Shown here one piece after another: positions 27,403-40,100 of a DNA stretch of 64,000 bases (position 1 is the first letter of the stretch; the number at the start of each line of letters is the position of its first letter). Below the pieces are notes generated by a model that saw only the letters and a program-made list of their open reading frames with translations, was not told the origin of the DNA and searched no databases. The translations under genes were made by a program, and so were the position numbers. Origin of the DNA: Vicugna vicugna (taxonomy: Eukaryota); contig MU058824.1 of assembly GCA_013265495.1 (NCBI GenBank), forward strand, positions 5,110,691-5,174,690, in the 5' to 3' direction.

Positions 27403-28892
27403 CCGTATCATCTTTATCACATCACCTTATTTTCATCATAGCACTCCCTTAATTATCTATTATCCATTTTTATTTATTGCCTATTTCCCTGTAAAGAACA
27501 TAACCTTCATGAGAGGAAAGATAAACATTTCTACCTATTGGAAAAAATTATCCAAGTCTTGGAAATAAGCAAAAGAAATTACTGGGGTATACTTTTTGTT
27601 TTAGTACTGGGCACTGTTTAGAGCATAACCCAGCAAATGTTTTCTGTAAAGGACCATAGAGTAAATATTTAGGCTTTGTGAGCCAAAGAAAGTAAAATTA
27701 AAGCTATTAAATGGGCATTTACATAATAAGGGAGAAATTTTTCCACAGTTTTTAAATAGATAACATTCAAAACAAAATAATAATAATTTTTGGTAATATA
27801 GGGTGACTGATGAGAAGAATGAACTTCTCTTGAGGACTATATGTTTTGCTTCCTTGGGGTTCAAAGTATCATCAAAATCAACTGCAAATGTTAATTTGTT
27901 AATGTTGGTCTGTAGTGAAATTATATATATCTCACCTGTCTTTTAACACTGATAGGTGTTGCTATATAGTTATATCAGTCCATGAGCATGTGATTCAATT
28001 GAACATATTCATTGCTTGGAAAACAGTTATAAAATTCTATTACATTCTCCTCTTGATATTTGCTCAAAAGATCGTAATAAATTTTAGCACTGCTAAGCCA
28101 TCAAGATTTTCAGCTTTTATTTCCAACAACAAAAAAAACAAACAAGGAATTGATGACAATTTAATTTTGCGAGCACAAATGAAGTCAATGTCTGACATTA
28201 CTAGTTTAATAACACACGATAAATTCACATATTTTCTGCAAAGTACCTTATGCAGTAAAAAGCTATCCACTTTAAACACATTACATTTTCACAAGGCTTG
28301 TAAATCTATTGAACTAAACCTTTTTTTCTGCTCTACATACTTTTTACCACCATCAGTTTTAACACATCTTAGCAGATTTTCTCAACTTCCTTGAAAACAT
28401 TTTTACCTGTAATTGTTTCATACAGACTTTTCATAGAGGATGATTCTTCAGTCACTTCAAATTGATCATTGATTTATTAAATAAACAGCAACATAAACAG
28501 TATTTGTAACATGGACTCATCAAGAGCCCAGGAAAACAACTTGAAATAATTTTCTTTGTTTTTAAATTGGCTATTGTGTTGCTCTTCTTAGGGGAAATAA
28601 AACAATCCTGCTGGCCAAAAGATCCCCTCCCTGCCAATATAGAAGGATAAGAGAATATACTTTATTATTTACTAAGCCCTACATGCATGTAAAAATGACT
28701 GCAAAATTAGGACAATATTTCACATAATTTATACAGCAAAGCAGAAGGAAGAACAGTTATCTCCTCAAGAGGCAAAGGGCTGCACCTTTTAATAATCTCC
28801 AATGCATTTCCATGAGACCCTGGTTTAAATATTTAGAGGTCATTTTGAGGCTGGAGGGAAAGAAGCAGGACACAAAACAAATGCTAGATTAA

Positions 28893-29376
28893 TGAAGGGC
28901 GAAACCGTTTAGGATGTGATAAAGACCAGCTGGAACCCCTGAAACCAAGGTGGCTTAGAGATTGGTCCAGTCATTGATTTTTAGCTCCTTATACCTTTAT
29001 TGTAAAACTAAAAATCACTCCCCCTTACACCATGACAGTTCCGAGGTGGACTGTGAAAGGCCAAAAAGTGGGCAATGGCCCACTTCCTGAGAGATCACCA
29101 CTCTTCCCCCAAACAGCAAGAATATTCCTTCCACTCATTAGCCTCTGCAATTACTTAACCCTTAAAAACCTTCAACACCTTCTGCCCTGGGGCTGCTCTC
29201 ACTTTCTGAGACCATCCACATTCGGCCTATGGAATATATCTAAATAAACTTGCCTTCCCCTTTACTGTGGCTGGCTTTTGACTTCTTTCCTGCACAGAGC
29301 CAAGAACCCTCACTTAGTGGTCCGTCCTAAGGATTCCTGCATGTCCCAGGACATGATATTTTCCTCTCCTGCAACA
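28893..29376 (+). mobile_element. ERV1-type LTR
   Basis: TGAAGGG...AATAAACTTG...GCAACA, followed by ATTTGGT at the expected PBS position. Left boundary approximate. Confidence 0.65.
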
Positions 29377-29939
29377 ATTTGGTCCACAATCTAGGAGATA
29401 TCTCTATGCTGTAAAAACTGGAGCCTAGACTTAATCCCTAGAGAGATTTCTCTTTATTACCAAGGTTAGTGGAAGGACTCAGATTTACCCTGTCTCCAGG
29501 AAAACATTCTAAGAAAGGGGGAGAGTGTGAACGGTCCCTTTGCGCTTTATAATGAAGAAGGTGATTTTCATTTATCCTTAAACTCCCAATGTCCTCAACT
29601 CTCCAAGCAAATGTTCTCACCAAAAGGTGAATAGTCTTCTGCAAATTTATTTCCTTTGGACACTTTTCTTCAGCTATTACAATCAAACATTTCTTTGCAC
29701 TGGGAGTACCAGGGAACACTAAAAGATACTTTGATTGTCCAAATCATTTTGGATCCTAAATTGATGTTTGCTGGGGTTTGGAGGCAAATGACCTCCAAAA
29801 GAGTATGCTTGCAGCGTGGGCCTTGCAGGCTAAAGGCCAGGAATGCCAAATCAGGGGGATGGCACAGCAGGGCAGATGTCAGATGTTTGACAATCTCTCC
29901 TGAGGTAAAATTGAGGTCTCCTTATAGTAGAGAATAACC

Positions 29940-30237
29940 TTTGTTTTGTTGGAGGTTTACAGGGACACCATTACCTGGCCCACTGGGATGGCTGCAAGAA
30001 CAAAGAATGCCTGCAGCAAGATTGCAACAATCAACCACACACCCCACCACCCTTGTATTTTTGTATAAAAGGAGCATATATTCTGCCTAGAGTAGGATGG
30101 TTCTCCAAGACATTAGTCTGCCATCCTCTCAGTCTGCCGGCTTTCCAAATAAAGTCGCGATTCCTTGCCCCAACACCTCATCTCCCAATTTATTGGCCTG
30201 TTGTGCGGTGAGCAGAACGAGTTTGGACTCTGCAACA
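29940..30237 (+). mobile_element. ERV1-type LTR (3' part)
   Basis: TATAAAA, AATAAAGTCG and terminal ...GAGTTTGGACTCTGCAACA. Left boundary uncertain. Confidence 0.6.
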
Positions 30238-30716
30238 TCCTTACTGACATACATTTAAATTCTCACACTTCATTTGAGAAACTATTCCTTAATAGAAAGA
30301 CAAAAAGCAAATCAGCATTATTTCAAAACAAAGGACTTTTAACAATTTGTAAGTATTAAACGTTCTTTTTCATTATTGCAATATGTGGCCTATCTTCTGG
30401 GAAAGCAGGCACTAAGATCTTAAAAGTAACTTGTTTTTAAACAGTGAATGATGCTTCAAAGATCTGCTAATTTATTTTCCTTACCAAAAGGAACACATGC
30501 TTTCAGGATTAGGGTCAAAGGACCGAAGGACATAGAAAGAGGTTTTCTTTAAGGGCTTTGTCTTCTATAACAATGAGATTTTAATATGCAAATATAAACC
30601 CCTAGAGGAGATGGGTGTGGAGAAATTGCTTGGCTTAATAAAGCATTGTGAATAGAGAGAGGTGAGTGGGAATCGTGAGAGAGGGTCAAAAAAAAATCAT
30701 GAGATGGTTGAAGGAC

Positions 30717-31456
30717 TTTTTTTTTAACTGAAGTATAGTTGATTTACAATGTTGTGTTAGTTTCTGGTGCACAGCATGGTGATTTAGTTATACATGTTAG
30801 TGGTAGAGGGGCCTCTAAATAAGGAAGCCCACCAAAGTGGGTCTTTGTCGACAGCTGTGAAAGAATTCACGCAGCTGAGGCAGAGGGAGGAATTGAATAG
30901 CAGAATTATCACTCAGAAGGGGGAATGGAAGGAAAGTGCTCAAGCAGAGGGAAGGAAAGGAAGTGCTGGAGCAGTGAACTGTCAGCCAAGATGCCAGTAG
31001 AGACAGCTTAGGCCAGGGATGGGCCTCGGGGTCTTTTGTTAGAAGGCTCTGCCATCTTTCTCTTTATTCTGGTGGTGGTGTTAATTATTTTCTGCTACGG
31101 GCTCCTTCCTCCTTCAGAGCTCAGCCCTGAAACAAAAAGCAATTAGCAGAAACTTTGGCAGGAACAAAGGAAGAGATACTGGGGTATGTCCTTGGATTTT
31201 AACGAGCCAGCTGTGGGATAAGAGAAATGTCCTGCCTTTTCATGAACTAGGCACTTCCTTTCCCTTGTTAATCAGCCAGGATCAGTAAGGGGTGTGTGGG
31301 TGTGTGTGTGTGTGTGTATATACATATTTTTTTTTTCAGATTATTTTTCATTAGAGATTATTACGAGTTATTAAATATAGTTTCCTGTGCTATACAGTAG
31401 GACCTTGCTGTTTATCTGTTCTGTATATAGTAGCTTGTATCTGCTAATCTCAAACA
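30717..31456 (-). mobile_element. L1 3' fragment split by a ~500-bp LTR-like insert (~30795-31290)
   Basis: The L1 tail breaks after GATTTAGTTATACA and resumes at TATATACATATTTTTTTTTCAG. GACTTTT occurs at both outer ends. Confidence 0.65.
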
Positions 31457-33640
31457 AAAGACTTTTAAGAATACTTAAGGAACTGAGATGTTCAAATATT
31501 CAATTTTAAGTTGTTTGTGTAGATACATCTCTACCCCTTATATCATTCCCCAAGCTTCAGTAAAGACTGCCATTCACAAATGCCTTCCATGAGAGATTCT
31601 GGGGGGAAAATAAAGAATTCTATGTCTAGGTTAGAAAAAGACAAAAGAAAGATCAGCTCAGGGAGGTGAAACAGCAGCAAATTGCATATTCAGCAAACCA
31701 GGGATTATAGGTCAAGAATGGTCATGGGAAATCAAGGTCCTCCCCAGTCCTAGAATTCACAGAAGGCTCCAGGATGGCACTAGACTTCCCACTGATTATG
31801 GGATAAAGGGCTTGATGCATTTTTATTTAATCTCAAAAGAAGAGGTGACCCCAACTACCCTTTCAATTGAAACTGAACTTCAGTTTCAGTTAAAACAGAG
31901 AAAGTTTGTTTTATCACTGAGATTATATCTATAAAATCAGGAAAGCTATCTGAATAGGCCCTGTGCATAGACAAAAATTTACATAATCTCTCCTTCTCTA
32001 AAGGAACAAGCTTCAAATGGACTATGCAAAACATCTGTCCTTTGAGTCAAAGGCTCCCAGGACTTTGACAAAACTAGGGCCTAGCAATATGAACAAAAGG
32101 ACAGGGAATGACTGTCAGGAGCTGAAGGCTAATCCACAATGCAGAATGCTGACAGGAACAGAGGGTATAGCAGGAGAAATCCTAAAAGAAAGTCCAAATT
32201 CAAGTTCCATCTTTAGGAACCTGGATAGATGGGCAAACTCAGGTATCTGGAGACAGTCAAATCCAACCATCGATTCCAAAAGCCAAAACACACAGATTTA
32301 GTAGCAGTGGGTGGGTTAGTGGAGTAAGTCAGGGAAGACGGGGGTAAACTGCAAGGGGCAGGTAGTAGGGAGAAGGAACTCATACTGACATAGCCCCTGC
32401 CCAGTGGTCGTGGCACCAGGAGGAGCTCTCTGGCACAAACTGAGACCTGTCCCCACCCCAAACACATATACATGAGATCTAGGGCCCCCTTCCTCTTTAA
32501 TCTACTATTCCTCAGGCTTATTTTCTTCCTCAAATTATTTAATATGGATATGAAGTACAGCCCCAAGTCTCTATGCACAGCCTTTGTTTTTCTTCCTTCA
32601 CAAACCCTAAACCTTGCCTACAGATAATCTGCTATCTATATATGTCAATATGTTCCACATCTTATCTTTAGTTTAGACTGCTCTCGTCAGCTTCAGACCC
32701 ATATGTCTAATGACCTGCTAATTTCTCTCCCTAAATGTCACTCCACCTCCTCCAACTCAGTATGTAAAAAGTTAAAACCCTTGGAATGCTTTAAAACTTT
32801 TCGTCTACCACTTGACCCAGAAACCCTACTTGGCAAAATATAATCTCCTTCAGTGTTTTGTTTAAAATGATCAGGGTACTTAGAGTCACCAAACTATTAT
32901 TTTTCCTTGGACCTAAAGTGAAAAGATTCTTACAAAGTTCTACAACTCTTTCATTGAATAAAGGAATATTAATATTATTTGTAATAGCAAAAAACTACAA
33001 ACAATCTAAATGTTCTGTCTGCAGATATAATGCAATCCTAATGAAAATCCTAGAAGGTAGGAGTGTGTGTGTTTTGTGTGTGTATGAAAATTAGCAAGCT
33101 GATCCTAAAATTTATATGGAAATGGAACAGGCCAAGAATAGTCAATATAATTGTAAAATCTTAAAGTTGGAGAATATGTACTACTAGATATCAAGACTTA
33201 TTACAAAATTACAATAAAGACAGTGAGATAATGGGGCAAGGATGGACAAATCAATTCATAGAACAGAGGGTCCAGAAACAGACCACATATTATGAATACT
33301 TGTTTTATGTAAAAAGGGATACTCAGAGAAGTAGGGGAAAGGATGGTTTTGTTATAAAAATCATCTAAAACTTGGAAATGCAGCAAAGAAAAGACAGCAG
33401 GGGCAGTCAAAGATGAATTATCCAGGCAACATACTTTTGCTTTACTCATTATCTATTACTGATCAAAGGTTAAAACTCTGAAGTCACACATTAACCTATA
33501 GATTTTTGTCTGGTAATACTGCAAAAGATTTCTGATTAATAGAAAAGATTATGGTGTTATTGTCCTGTAGACATTAACCACTTTTATATCTTATTAACAA
33601 TCTTATTCTAGCATTCTTTTTTCAAATGCCTATAAATGCC

Positions 33641-34119
33641 TGTGACAGTTAATTATATGTGTCAACTTAACTGGGCCGAATATTTGGTTGAAAATTATTT
33701 TGAGTATGTCCATAAGGATGTTTCTGGATGAATATTTGAAAAGGTAGACTGAATAAAGCAGGCTGCTTTTCCAATGTGGGTGGGCCTCATCTAATCAGTT
33801 GAAGCTCTGAACAGAGCAAAAGGACTGAATAAGAGAATTTCTATTTCACTGACTCTCTTTGCGCTGGGACATTGGTTTTCTTTCCTGCTTTTCAGTGAGC
33901 TCAAACTGAAACATCAGCTCTTCCTGGGTCTTGAGCCTACTGGCATTCAGACTGGAGATATACTCTCAGCTCTCTTGGTTCTCAGGTCTTTGGACTGGGC
34001 CTAGAACTGCACCATCAGCTTTCCTGAGTCTCCAGCTTGCCACCTACCAATTTTGGGACTTGTCAGCCTCTGTAATCTGGTGAGCCAATTCCTTAAAATC
34101 TCTTTCTCTTTCTCTCTCT

Positions 34120-34155
<36 letters not shown>

Positions 34156-34190
34156 TCTTCAAATGCACAAGCTTTATCTGTTTATTCCCT
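33641..34190 (+). mobile_element. MLT2 (ERVL) LTR
   Basis: TGTGACAGTTAATTATATGTGTCAACTT...GTGAGCCAATTCCTTAAAAT followed by (CT)n(GT)n. Confidence 0.8.
34122..34151. repeat. (GT)n microsatellite in the MLT2 tail
   Basis: Seen directly. Confidence 0.9.
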
Positions 34191-34346
34191 TATTAATCAG
34201 TTAGATAAATGTTTGACATGTGTTCATTCTATATTCTTGTAAAAACCTTGCTTTTAACTTTTTGGAAATTATACTATAACAGTTTTTTTCAACAAAAGGT
34301 GCTAGATCAATTGGATAACCATAATGAGGGAAAAAAATTGAATCTT

Positions 34347-34475
34347 TTTTTCTTCTTTTTTGGGGGGAGTAATTAGATTTTTATTTATTTATTTTTAATG
34401 GAGGTACTGGGGATTGAACCCAGGACCTTATGCATGCTAGGCATGCATGCTACCACTGAGCTATACCCTCCCCCC
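34347..34475 (-). mobile_element. tRNA-Ala-derived SINE inserted in an older L1
   Basis: Same head; TGAATCTT on both sides (34339-34346, 34481-34488). Confidence 0.85.
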
Positions 34476-35456
34476 AAAAATGAATCTTGACATCTACCTC
34501 TCACCACACACAAAATCTATTCCAGATGACTAAAAAAGGTCAAATAATACAGCTTCTAGACAATAACATAAGAGAATATATTCATTACCTTGGGGTAGGC
34601 AAAGACTTCTTAAGCAGGGCATAAAATGCATTAACCATAAACAAAAAGATACACTGGACTGATCAAAGTTAAGAACTTCTGTTCATTGAAAGAGACCACT
34701 AAGAGGATAAAAAAGCAAGGTACAGAATGAGAAAGTATATTTGCAATAGATACCTCTAACAAGGGAATCATATCCAGAATATACAAAGAGCTCCTATAAA
34801 CAGAAAAAAAGACAACCAAATGGAAAAATAGGCCAAGGACTTGATCAGGCAAGTCACAAAAGAAGATAATCAGTAGACATATGAAAAGGTGGCCAACTTT
34901 ACTAGGTATCAGGGAAATGCCAATGAAAGCCATAATGAGATATCATTACATATACACTAGAATAGCTGAAATTAAAAAGACAGCATCAGGTGTTGACACA
35001 GATGTGGAAAAACTAGACCTCTGACATATTGTTGGGAATGTGAATTGCTATAATTTCTTTGGAAAAATACTGGCAGTATCTACTAAAGCTGATTATAAAC
35101 ATGCCCTATAATTCAGCAGTGCGACTCCTATGAGTAAACACAACAGAAAAACATGTACATCAGTCAATAAATTTATTCTTAAAAATGCTGAGGCAAAATA
35201 AATACCAGTTTAGGACAGTCCTTTTTTCCTGTGTTGGAGAAGTATGAAGAACAAGGGAGAAACAGGGCTGGGATTAGGAAGGAGTAGATTAAAGTTCAAC
35301 TTTATCTGAAATACTAATTTCCTTAAAAGATAATCTGAAGCATATGTGGTAAAATATTAACATTTGATAAAGCTATGTGAGAAGAATGTGGGTTTGTTAT
35401 AGTATTCTTTATAATTCTCTGAATGCTTAAAATATTTCACAAAGAAATTTTTATAA

Positions 35457-35593
35457 ATATTTTATTTATTTATTTATTGTTGCGGGGGAGGTAATTAGGT
35501 CTATTTATTTATTTTTAGAGGAGGTACTGGGGATTGAACCCAGGACCTTATGCATGCTAAGCATACACTATAACAGTTGAGCTACACTCTCCC
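35457..35593 (-). mobile_element. tRNA-Ala-derived SINE
   Basis: GGAGGTACTGGGGATTGAACCCAGGACC...GAGCTACACTCTCCC with the family's GGTAATTAGG tail segment. Confidence 0.85.
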
Positions 35594-35749
35594 TGCTGGA
35601 ACTTTTTAAATCTTGTAGAAGAATAAAGACTCAGAGAATGTTTAGGAGCCATTGACTTAAAAAAGAAAAGCTTGTAATAAGAAAATACAGTATAATGCCA
35701 ATACTGTATATGTAAACATACCATGTATATACATGCATACATGGATATA

Positions 35750-36212
35750 ATGTAATGAAACTGGCACTTTATCTCTGGGGTCTTCCTCCCCCAAATGCAT
35801 AATCTTGGTATAATCATGAGAAAAACACCAGACAAATTCCAACCAAAATACATAATACAAAATACCCTTACCAGTACTCTGTAAAACTGTCAACGTCATC
35901 AAAAATAAGGAAGTCTGAGAAACTGACACAGCCAAGGGGATCTGTGACATGACAGCTAAATATAATATGCTACCCTGGATGGGATCCTGGAACAGAAAAA
36001 GGACATGAGGTAAAAACTATGGAAATCTGAATAAAGTATGAACTTTAGTTAATGATAATGTATCAATATCGGTTAAATAATTGAACCATACTAAAGTAAG
36101 ATGTTAACAAGAAGGGAAATTGGGTGTGGAGTATATGGAAACTTTCTGTACCATCTTTACAAAGTTTCTGTAAATCTAAAATTATTCTAAAATTAAAAGT
36201 TTATTTTTAAAA
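35750..36212 (+). mobile_element. L1MC-like 3' end
   Basis: GGATGGGATCCTGGAACAGAAAAAGGACAT...CTGTAAATCTAAAATTATTCTAAAAT. Confidence 0.7.
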
Positions 36213-37129
36213 AGTCAAGTAATTTACCCAAATGAATATAGCTAGTAAATATTCCATACCTGAAGTTTGGAGGCCAACCCAAATGACTTCAAACTCTGTG
36301 ATTTTTCCACTACACAAAACCCTTTCAACTTCATTCTCTCTAGGATTATATAGGTATTTGTACGACAATCTGAACAAGTTCCATGAGGGCAGAAAAAAAA
36401 ATTTTTTTCTTTTTCTTTTTCTTTTTTCTTTTTGCTTAGCACACCACTAGTCTTCAGTAAAGCAGCTTAAGTTATTCACAGAGAGAAAGTCACAGAGACC
36501 TGAAGAATCTGAGACTTTCAGAGAAATTCAACTGGTCCGACCCATCATACAGCCATTTATGTCGCCGGCTCCACAGAGAAGCCCACAAGGCCCTGGGTTC
36601 AGAGCCACTCAGTTCTTCAAGGGCCCTGTGCTGCCATCTACCGGATAGCTGGAAAACGTCGACCTCCTCTGCTGTATCTCGGGAACTTGTGGGGCTGGGA
36701 GAAGTTACTTGGAGAGAAGACTGGAGCGCTAATTAAATTACGGAACACGTGTCGCTGTCACATACTTCACTCTAGACTTGTACAAAACAAAGGCCCTACT
36801 TTTCTGTGGCTATTGCAGGCTCTCCCAACTCCGTATTAACTCTTACACTCATAAAATTCACAGACTTCCTCGCTCATCTACCTCCACATGCACCGATCTG
36901 ACTCTTACTGCCAGTCTCCCAGAACTCAGACTCAGCTGCACAACGTAGGCTGCTGAAGCTGCTTACCCTCACAGACTTGAGACCTCGCCAAGCAGATTCT
37001 CCCATCTTTACATAGCCCTGAGATTCCTTGCACTATTCTGTAAACCCCACATACCTCACCCATTAGGGCAAGTATGCGTTCTGACGCAGAGGGCTTCACT
37101 GAAAGATTCAAGTTTCGCAGGCAGCTCAT

Positions 37130-37450
37130 GACAGAGCGAAAGCCTGGGAGGGCATAGTCAGGCTCAGTGCCCTCGGGCTAGCGCTTTGGCCCCGGCTCTG
37201 GCTCCTCGACTCCGGCCCGATCCGGTTAGCCTAGGCCGCGCACTACAAGCCGAGGCCCCGCCCCTCTAGACCTGTCATCACAGAAGCCGCACGTGGCCAG
37301 GGTGGGACCTCGGGCGACCTACAGCCATCACTCTGTCTCCTCCGCCATCCATTGGGGCCGCCGCCGCCAATCAGAGCCAGCGGTTCCGGGCTGGAGCGCG
37401 AGCTCCGGGGTGAGGCGTGCAGACAAGGGGCGGAGGGAGGAGAGGCTTTG
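37130..37450 (+). promoter_or_regulatory. Putative distal CpG-rich promoter / non-coding first exon of FAM214B
   Basis: CpG-rich, with a GC box (CCCCGCCCC ~37256), E-box CACGTG (~37290), paired ATTGG/CCAAT (~37351-37371) and a candidate donor GTGAGG at 37410. Confidence 0.6.
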
Positions 37451-39982
37451 AGATGGGAGGAGGTTAGCGGTGGAAAGGGGCCTGGCACGGGTTCTGCCAG
37501 GCTGGAATCCGAGGGGTTGGATTTTAGTGAAAGGCAGAGAGACCAAAAGGGGGCGGAGACCAGGGGTGGGGCGAGGGACAAGGAGAGGTTCAATGGGGAG
37601 ACTCCGAGAGGGAGATAAGGGGCGGAGCCAGGGAGGGGTGGGACACTGATTACAGGGGAGGAGCCGGAGGAATTAAAGAAACTAGGAAAGGGGACGAGCC
37701 CGGGGAAGGTGGGAGGTGGGACAAGGGGGAGGGTGGGTCCGGGCATTGTGGGGTGGGGCTCGGACCAAAGGGGCGAGGTTTGCAGGACGAGGCTGCAGCC
37801 AGGGCTGCTCTGTAACTGCCCCACTCCACTACCTCCCCAGGTGCAACGGGACTCACGGAACTACAGGTGTGGGGCGGGGTGCGCGTGGAAGAAGGGACGA
37901 GGACGGGGGTGCGCTTAGGCAGACATGAGGAGGTAGGGAGCATGTTAGGGAAGGAGAGGATCTGGAGAAATGTTGGGGCAGCGGAGTAAGACACAGAGTT
38001 GGGGGAGGAGTTGGAGGCCCAATGTGTGGGCAATAAGGTGCATTCTCCAGTAGTCCTTGTGAAGGAGGAGCGGGAGTGCGTTGTGAGGGTGGGAAGTACC
38101 GTGAGGGGCTGAGGTCGCTATCTGGAGGGTTGGAGACGATACTTGAGGGGGGAGGGGATCTGAAGGCTCTTCGGTCGGGTTTGGGGGTGTTGTGTGATGG
38201 AGAAGGGCTGGTGGTCCAGAGTGTGGGAGGGGCAGAAGGACTGTGTAGAGGAAGAAGGGATGGGGCTGCAGGCACTGTGTGAGGGGAAGGGGTTGCAGGC
38301 CCCAGATGAGGAGGGAAGAACCCCTAGTGCTTTGAGAAAGTCTGGGGGCATTGTAGAGACTCCAGGAAGATGTTTGTGTACTGTGTTTTAGGAAAGAGAG
38401 ATGGAATTAGTGGGATGAAGAAGCCAGTTTGTAGTGCTCCTGGCTCCTCAGCTCATAACTCCACTCTCAGGCCTGAGCACTCCAGGCCCCACTTGCCACT
38501 AGGGCTTATATGACTGTCTCAGTCAGCTTCAGATCTGTCTGGCTGAGACTGGGTTTTTACCCACTAGCTGGTGACCCTGGGGACCCTTCCCCCATTCGGT
38601 TCCTGTTAACCCCCCACTCTAGTTCCTGTTCCTTCTAGAAGACTACCTTGGTCCCTGTCCCCCCCCCAACCCCCCTTTGCCCTGCCCTTATGCTCTGGGT
38701 GTGCTCATTTCCCACTTCCTTCCTCGCCCTGGGGCCTGGCCTGGTCCTTGCCTGTCTAGGAGCTGTGCCCTGCCTCAGACTTTGTACTCAATGACCAGGG
38801 ACCTAAGTAACCTGCAGCAAGGCCCAGACCCCGCCTGCCTTCACTACTTCCAAGGTCTCTCCCAACAGCTCCGCCAAGTGACCGGTAGCCACATTTTTAC
38901 CACTTGCCCCATACTAATTTCCCCACACATTTCCTTCTCTTTGTTGGGGAACCCTAAGACCCTCAAAAATTCTGGGCTTCTGTGGGAGAGGGAAATGGTG
39001 AGACTGGTAAGACATACTAAGAGTCTTTGATGCAAGTCGTGAGAGGTGGGCTACCATTGTAGGCTGAATTTAGGAAGGGATGTGAAATTCCAGCCTCTGC
39101 TGGGGAACGAAGAACAAATGGCTCCCTACATTCCTCGCTTGGAAGCTGTTAGAACTGAGACTAGGACCTAGTCCTCTTGGGGGCTTCTGTGTTTCCCTAA
39201 AGGGACCTGATATAACACCAGAGTTCTTTTTGCCCCTGGGCTGGCTGGGAGTGGGTGAGAAATCTCTGCTTTCCACACAGTGGCTGAATGAGTGTGACAG
39301 TGTTGCTGAAAGGGGCCCCAAGCCTGCCTCCTCTGGCTGAGAGACTGGCTGGAGCGGGAGGGGGTGCTGGGGCCAGACAAAGCCGTGGGGTAGGGTGGGG
39401 TAAAGGAGGGCCTTTTGAGGAGGAGCTGATTGCTATGGCAACACAACTCCCCAGACTGTCTCTCAGAGAGGCGGGCCTAGGGCAGACTCACTGCAGTTTC
39501 CTCAGGACTGAGGCATTTGTGTGAGTGGGTGGGGCATGAAGAGAAAGGGCATCCGTCTGCTGTGCTGAGGCTGGAGTATAGCTTTTCTGCTTTGGTACAA
39601 GCAGCAGGGCATTCAGACACTTGGACCCATCCTCTGAAAATGGATACGAGTGAACAATAGCCATTAGACTTATAGCAGTATAAGGTCAGAGTTGTAGATG
39701 CCCTCAATGGTTATCAGTTATACAAACTCCTCATTTTACAGATTTGGAAATTAACAACCAAAGACACAAGTCTCACAGTGAAAGAGCAGGCGTTAGAACC
39801 CAGGTGTCCTGATTGCTGTTCACTCAGCCCAGGGCTCATTGTTTCTTTCAGCCAGTGTTTATTGAGCACCTATTATATGTCAGGCACTGATGTTGATTTT
39901 GGGAATACCAGCATGAACAAAACAGACAAATTGCTGCTCTCATGGTGCTTCCATCCTCATAGGTAGAGAAAGAAATGGTGTA

Positions 39983-40100
39983 TGTGTGTGTGTGTGNNNN
40001 NNNNNNNNNNNNNNNNNNNNNNNNNNNNNNNNNNNNNNNNNNNNNNNNNNNNNNNNNNNNNNNNGAGAGAGAGAGAGAGAGAAAGAAGAGAGGGAGGGAG
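39983..40100. repeat. Compound (TG)n/(GA)n microsatellite containing an assembly gap (N 39997-40064)
   Basis: Seen directly. Confidence 0.95.

Larger units (their letters stand above)
27625..30400 (-). mobile_element. Decayed hAT/Charlie DNA transposon with transposase remnants, interrupted by LTRs
   Basis: Minus-strand peptides CLIVIAEEKCPKEINLQKTIHLLVRTFAWRVEDIGS and LCRKYVNLSCVIKLVMSDIDFI resemble Charlie/GTF2IRD2-type transposase. MER58-like end TTTTCTGTAAAGGACCATAGAGTAAATATTTAGGCTTTG. Confidence 0.7.
33000..35160 (+). mobile_element. Old L1 ORF2 remnants (interrupted)
   Basis: AAGCTGATCCTAAAATTTATATGGAAATG and AGGGAAATGCCAATGAAAGCCATAATGAGATATCA. Confidence 0.7.

Noticed and set aside
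27915..28394. 159-aa plus-strand ORF
   Set aside because: Antisense to the decayed transposase, AT-rich, no coding signature.
37243..38275. Pro/Ser-rich minus-strand ORFs (193, 127, 140 aa)
   Set aside because: By-products of the G-skewed low-complexity tract.
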